From Eledone cirrhosa (Eukaryota), in the NCBI GenBank assembly GCA_964016885.1, contig OZ024747.1, positions 72,726,001 to 72,790,000 of the forward strand: a stretch of 64,000 bases of DNA, read 5' to 3'. Positions 58,487 through 64,000 of the stretch are shown here, piece after piece (within the stretch, counting starts at the first letter, position 1; each line of letters starts with the position of its first letter). A program made the position numbers and the translations under genes. The notes beneath the pieces are model-generated. The model saw nothing but the letters and a program-made list of their open reading frames with translations, was not told where the DNA came from and searched no databases.

Positions 58487-58689
58487 AAGGCATTAAATTA
58501 ATTGACCAGGTCATGAAGGTCACAGAAAAAGTAATAGCGCAACTAATCAGAGAGCGAATTGATCTGGATGAAATACAGTTCGGGTTTGTGTCAGGTAAAA
58601 GTACCACAGACGCTCTTTTCATTGTACGACAACTACAGGAGAAGTACCTAGCTAAAAGTAAACCCCTATACTTAGCTTTTGTTGACTTG
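58487..58689 (+). mobile_element. RTE family A internal RT fragment
   Basis: Matches 41010-41210. Confidence 0.9.
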
Positions 58690-58810
58690 CTGAAAATTAT
58701 GAATGTTTGATTCTTATAGAATTCCAGTAATAATCAGGAACTGATTATACAGAGCGGTTGCCGGTCAAGCAGAAATTGAAAATTAGAATTGGTGCTCTGA
58801 AATAGCGATG

Positions 58811-59030
58811 TATATATGAATGTATATATAGTGTATTTTGCAATACACTGTATGCTTAATTAAAAGCATTTTGAAGACCTTACGTTATTGTTTTAGGGTA
58901 GTGACAGTCTCACTTGTTTGCTGAAAATTTAAAGTAAGTGAGACTGTCACTACCCTAAAACAATAACGTAAGGTCTTCAAAATGCTTTTAATTAAGCATA
59001 CAGTGGATTGCAAAATACACTATATATACA

Positions 59031-59040
<10 letters not shown>
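58811..59040. repeat. Near-perfect hairpin, ~105-bp arms and 20-nt loop
   Basis: 58811-58915 is the reverse complement of 58936-59040. Abuts (TA)n. Confidence 0.92.
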
Positions 59041-59067
<27 letters not shown>

Positions 59068-59068
<1 letters not shown>

Positions 59069-59318
59069 TCATTCCACAACAGTTAGTTCATCATACAAAG
59101 AACAATTGTTTCAACTTATTTGGATCATCAGCTCGGTCTAAAGGAAAAACTTCAATTAGACTGAGCTGATGATCCGAATAAGTTGAAACAATTGTTCTTT
59201 GTATGGTGAACTAACTGTTGTGGAACTACTTTTACCAAACTCGTCCCATGGACTGAATGCTCTACTACTACTACTACTACTACTACTACGGATATACCCC
59301 ACCAGTGTTCTACTATTA
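59068..59318. mobile_element. Short palindromic element with minimal hammerhead cores on both arms
   Basis: Arms 59072-59141 and 59156-59225, tail to ~59315, (TA)n on both sides. Confidence 0.72.
59163..59199 (+). ncRNA. Minimal type I hammerhead motif (mirror copy at 59098-59134, minus strand)
   Basis: gag-CTGATGA-tccgaataagtt-GAAA-caattg-tt-ctt. Palindromic stem III; stem II barely pairs. Confidence 0.6.
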
Positions 59319-60833
59319 TATATATATATATATATACAAGCATATATATACATTGTTGGAGGGCTGTTGACTCTGATTTTCTGCCCTTACGGGTGGCCTG
59401 TCAGTTTGCATTGATACATATATGTTTATATATAAAGAACAAAAATGAGGTTTCACATTACGGTTTTTATTGATTATGCAGTTATGACCGTGTCACAGAT
59501 GGGTGGCTCAGGATATCTATGTTAATGTTATAAGATTAACATGGATCCTGAGTTTTCCATCTATAAGATCATTATAATTCGAAGTAAATAGCTCTCTTCT
59601 AGCAACAACCTCATATTCAGGTCAAAAATAGCTACCCAGGTATAGCTGTGTGGGGGTGAGGTGGGGTAGATGAGTGTGTATGTGGGTGGGTGAATGAGTG
59701 GGTGTGAATGTGTCTGAAGATGTGTATGTAGAGGTTTGTGTGTGTGGATATATAGATGTGTGTATGGATGTGTATCGAGTGGTATTACAAATGTAATTAA
59801 CACACCCTTTATCTACATCTATAACTCATACCCATGCACACCACTACACTCACACATCTTACATATACACACAACACAGAAACACATACTTATGTAATGC
59901 AAAACACATTTCTTATGATACACATGATGCACACCTGAAATATGCACCATACACACAATCAAGAAATACAATTTACACCTAACATTCAGATACATAACTT
60001 AAAAATAATACAAATAATAATAATAATGATAAAAACTATCTACACACCTGCAAACCCAGCTACCTGTGTTATATCAGGAATTATTTTGAGAACTAGAGTA
60101 GCTGCCTCAGTGCCAATTCCTTACATCCTGTAATGATTTAGCAGAAAATATCTAAAAATGGATTTGTTAATTCAATTGTATACATGTATAGTGTTGTCAC
60201 TTCTTCTCTGACCACTTATTCCTGGGAGGGTCAATGTGGAGTAGAGAGGGGGGGGGGCAGAGCCCTCAAACACTCCTTTCCGTGGGTCCTGTCAGAAGAA
60301 ACCATCTCAATTAATCCGGCTAGATCCCCAAGCGAAACCAGCCGAGCTCGTGGATGTTATCGAACCATTTTCAAGGTCTACCCCTGGGTCTCCTGTAGGC
60401 TGGTTTTGCCCATAAAATCTGTCCAATGATTCTTCCCTGAGACATTCTAACCACTTCTCCGAAAAAAAGAAAAAATAATATTTATATATATATATATATA
60501 TATATTATAGATCAACACGATCCCAGACCTCATTCACTTACCTATTGTGTTATGTGTGTGTGTGTGTGGGGGGGGGGGGCGTTTAGATCAGACAAAGGAA
60601 ACAATGTTTCCATTGGTTTTTCTATTACTGATATGCTCTACCAGTCACAACATGAAATAAAGTGTCTTGCTGAAGGATATAATGCATTGCCTGGTTCAGG
60701 AATAGAGCTGGTAACCTTGTAAATCCAATTGTCTAACCACTAAGTCACATGCCTTCACAAGTGTCATTACTAGTGGGCAGATGAAATGCAGTCATAGTGT
60801 TGTTTTATACATTTCAAGAATGTCTTGATAATA

Positions 60834-61022
60834 ATTGTTTCTACTTTTGGCACAAGGCCAGCAATTACCCAGTGTATTACTGGTACTTTATTTTATCAAC
60901 CCCATAAGGATGAAAGGCAAAGTTAACCTCGGCGGGATTTGAACTCAGAATGGCAAGGGCCGTAACTCTATGCGTCAAAGCATGGCGTCCGACCCTCTAC
61001 CAATACTGCCAATCCACCGCCC
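60834..61022 (-). mobile_element. SINE family 1, full length
   Basis: Reverse match to 17474-17659, including the A and B boxes. Confidence 0.88.
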
Positions 61023-62570
61023 TGTATGTCTTGATAATAATATGGTTTAATGTGTTTTGTCAAATGTTTATAGTATCTTCAATAATGGAGAGAAAACTGA
61101 AAATTTACAGAACCAGAGTAAAGACTATAATTTTGAATGTGGAGTAGTCATAGTGCTGTTTTGTACATATCAAGAATGTCTTGTTAATGCAGTTTCACAT
61201 GGTGCAGGATGTTAAGAGTTTAGCCGGAGATTCTTAAGAACCAAATATTTTAATGGCGCGACATATCTTAACTACGCTATTCAAAATATTATGGGCAGAG
61301 ACCAACCATTTAGAAGAGGTTTCCAAACTGTTGAGACACTTGAGTGCATTGCGTGTCATGGCACTTTAGTACATCCCCACTAAACTCGAGGTGTGTTACA
61401 GCAATTTAGGGAGTCACCAATAACCTCTGTCCAATAATATCTAGGTGTGTTGTGAACTGTTGTCAACCCTGATTAATTTTACTGACTATTTAGCAGTAAA
61501 TTAGTCACATAACTAGTAACAGGAGATAATTATTTGCCTATTAACCCTTTCATCACCATATTTCTAATGAAAGACACTGCCTATGATTTTAAAATAATTT
61601 TGAAAATAATGAAGTATTTAAAGAGATTTTAGTAAAATAACTTTCTGATAGTTATGCTGGGCATTAGACTGGCAGCATTATTACTGTTGGATTAAATGCT
61701 TTGCAGTATTTCATAATGGTTCTTTTGGGTTGATAAAATAAAGTACCAGTAAAATACCAAGGACAATTTGCTTGATTTTCTCCGCCCACTAAAATTTCTA
61801 GTCTTATGCCTATGATAGAAACAATTATTAAGCCTCTATCTGAGCAGTACGTATGATACAGGAATGAAAACAAGTGGCAGGCTCCTGGCCCACTTTAGGG
61901 TCAGAACCAGCTCGGTCCACTAACATGACATCCAACCCTTGTTAACATGGATATCAGACATTAATCAATGATGATGATGACTTGTTTGGAGCATAATTCA
62001 ACAAAAGGTTCTTATATAAAATTATGATGAAAGGTTTTTTTAAAATAAATATAAACACAAGAAAGACAGTTTTGTATTCTAGAACTGGGAGCAGTATCAG
62101 GCATTTTGGAATTAAAAATGCTTTTAAAAGTGTACTATAAATGTGACATGTTTGAAAGACAGTTTAGAAAGAAGAAAATCAACTGGCCATAGTACAAACA
62201 TTTCATTTTAATTTCTCCAAAATCATTTCAATCTGCTGAAAAGTTGTGAAGCATCACAAAGGAATATTTGTCACAAAAATATTCTGTCTTTAAATTTATC
62301 AAATGTTTATGTCCTTATCATCATCATCATCATGTCTATCTTCCATGCTAGCATAGGTTAGACGGCAATTGTCCCACTTGAGGCAAGATTGATCAGGTGA
62401 CCGTGTCTCGCTTGTATAGGACTGTATCTGGCAGGTTTTCTATGGTTGGATGCCCTTCCTAACACCAATTATTATAATTATCAAAATAATTATAATTATG
62501 TCAAATTTAGTGAAAAAAATAATTTTTAATTTAAAATATTTTACTATTATTAAACTATGTTATGTAAGAA

Positions 62571-62768
62571 TGGTTTCTGATTTAGGCCCAAGGTCAACAA
62601 CAATCAAATTAACCCCAGTGCATTACTGTTACTTTATTTTATTAACTCCCCATAAAGATGAAAGGCAAAGCTAACTTCGGCATGATTTGAACTCCGAAGG
62701 TAAAGTGATGTAACTATTCCACAAATCATGTTGTCCGATGTGCCACAGATACTACCAATTCACCACCC
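62571..62768 (-). mobile_element. SINE family 1, degenerate
   Basis: Reverse central domain and 'gatttgaactc' B-box. Confidence 0.7.
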
Positions 62769-64000
62769 ATAAGCTGTCATGTAATAATCAGATTGCAGAC
62801 AAGGATCTGAATTAAAATTTGAACAGTTTAACAGAGATGGTTAAATTCAATTAAAACTTTCACGACCATATTATTAATACTGCGTATAATTTTCAAATCA
62901 TTTTGAAAATAACCAAGAATTTGGCGATAATTAAGTTTCTCATTATTTGGTGCTTGGGTTATATCTTTACAAAGGTTCTAGCATATAATTACGAGGGAAT
63001 TTTTTTCAAGTAAATAAAAACTCTTTACAACAGTTTTGTAGGGGTGGTCTCGGGCAGTTTGATATTAATGACTCCCAGACTGTCCACATTTTAATTTCAC
63101 CAAAACCATTCTAGTCTACCAACTGTTTGTGACAAAAACTTGTTTGTGAAGAAGCACCATAAAAGAAAAGGTGCATACATACATGATGGCTGCAACTCGG
63201 TTTCGAGTCATGCCATCACTAGATACTTAAGTATGAGCATCATGGATGTGGCTTTTTAGTCCTGCCTATGACCAGCCATGTCATGCATCGCAAAAAATGT
63301 CACATACCAAGCGATACCTGTGCTTGAAGCTTTTTTAAGTGGGGCCAATCCCACTCTCTGAACATCAAACACATTTACCCAAAAAGTAGAAATGGTTTAC
63401 ATCATTGGATACAAACAAAGTCGCAGGTTTTGTATGACAGTGACCTTTTTTCTAGAGAGATGTCTTAATGAAGACTAGAAGTCTCTCACTCCACAAGAAA
63501 AAAAAAAATCTTTATTAGTTGTCTAAAATCACCCTCCTCACTGAGCAAGCTTCGTGGGGTTGCCGGTTTAGTCGCCGACAACCCAACCATGCACAGGTTG
63601 TACTTGAAAAGCAACCTGACATAACATACATAATCCTCATTCCAGTCTAGAAAGGTTTGAACAGGTCTACATAAACCACATCAGTACTGAAGTAGTGTTA
63701 CTGACCTCCCAGACAGGCTGAAGTATCTGTATCCTACTTACGTACAGTCATATCAAGTGCAGAGGAGAAATTGTCTCTTGACTTCTATATTCCATGCTCA
63801 CATGGGTTAGACAGGCTTTTATGATATGGTGCCAAACAGGTCAGGAAACCATGCCTTGCTCATGCATTCCATTTTGTCTTTATCTAAAAACTGAATGACC
63901 TTCCAAATGCCAACCAGTTCATGCTGGGTACTAGGAGCTTCTCTCATAGCACCAGAATTATCACTTTACATAGTGTACTGGGTGTTTTTTTTGTCATAGC

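Noticed and set aside
59440-59502. Possible further minus-strand hammerhead (ctgtga..acggt...accgt..gaaacctc)
   Set aside because: The core is missing a base and stems I and III are unconvincing.

Overview
AT-rich, microsatellite-dense animal genomic DNA (the repeat inventory suggests a mollusc, probably an octopus; this is inference). No host gene is securely identified, and most long ORFs in the track are translations of (TA)n-type arrays. The window is a transposon graveyard: about 11 copies or fragments of two related RTE-clade LINE families (one nearly full length, with a C4HC3 PHD-like finger inside ORF2), older RTE/Expander-type fragments, two tRNA-derived SINE families, an internally deleted Helitron, hAT- and piggyBac-like MITEs, a 200-N gap and about 8 kb of (TA/TACA)n array. 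The most notable signal is a dense set of type I hammerhead ribozyme (HHR) motifs, about 17 complete, partial or relic copies, found by eye on both strands. Most lie at the 3' ends of Penelope-like elements (PLEs, Naiad-type) or in short non-coding fold-back elements with a shared layout: (TA)n - outward-facing 3' end - [body] - outward-facing 3' end - (TA)n, with an extra tail on one arm only. Three motifs carry the compensatory U3-A8 core (UUGANAA). One PLE has its RT and GIY-YIG endonuclease on opposite strands, and the ORF track missed the endonuclease. All folds and alignments were done by eye, and coordinates are approximate to within a few bases.
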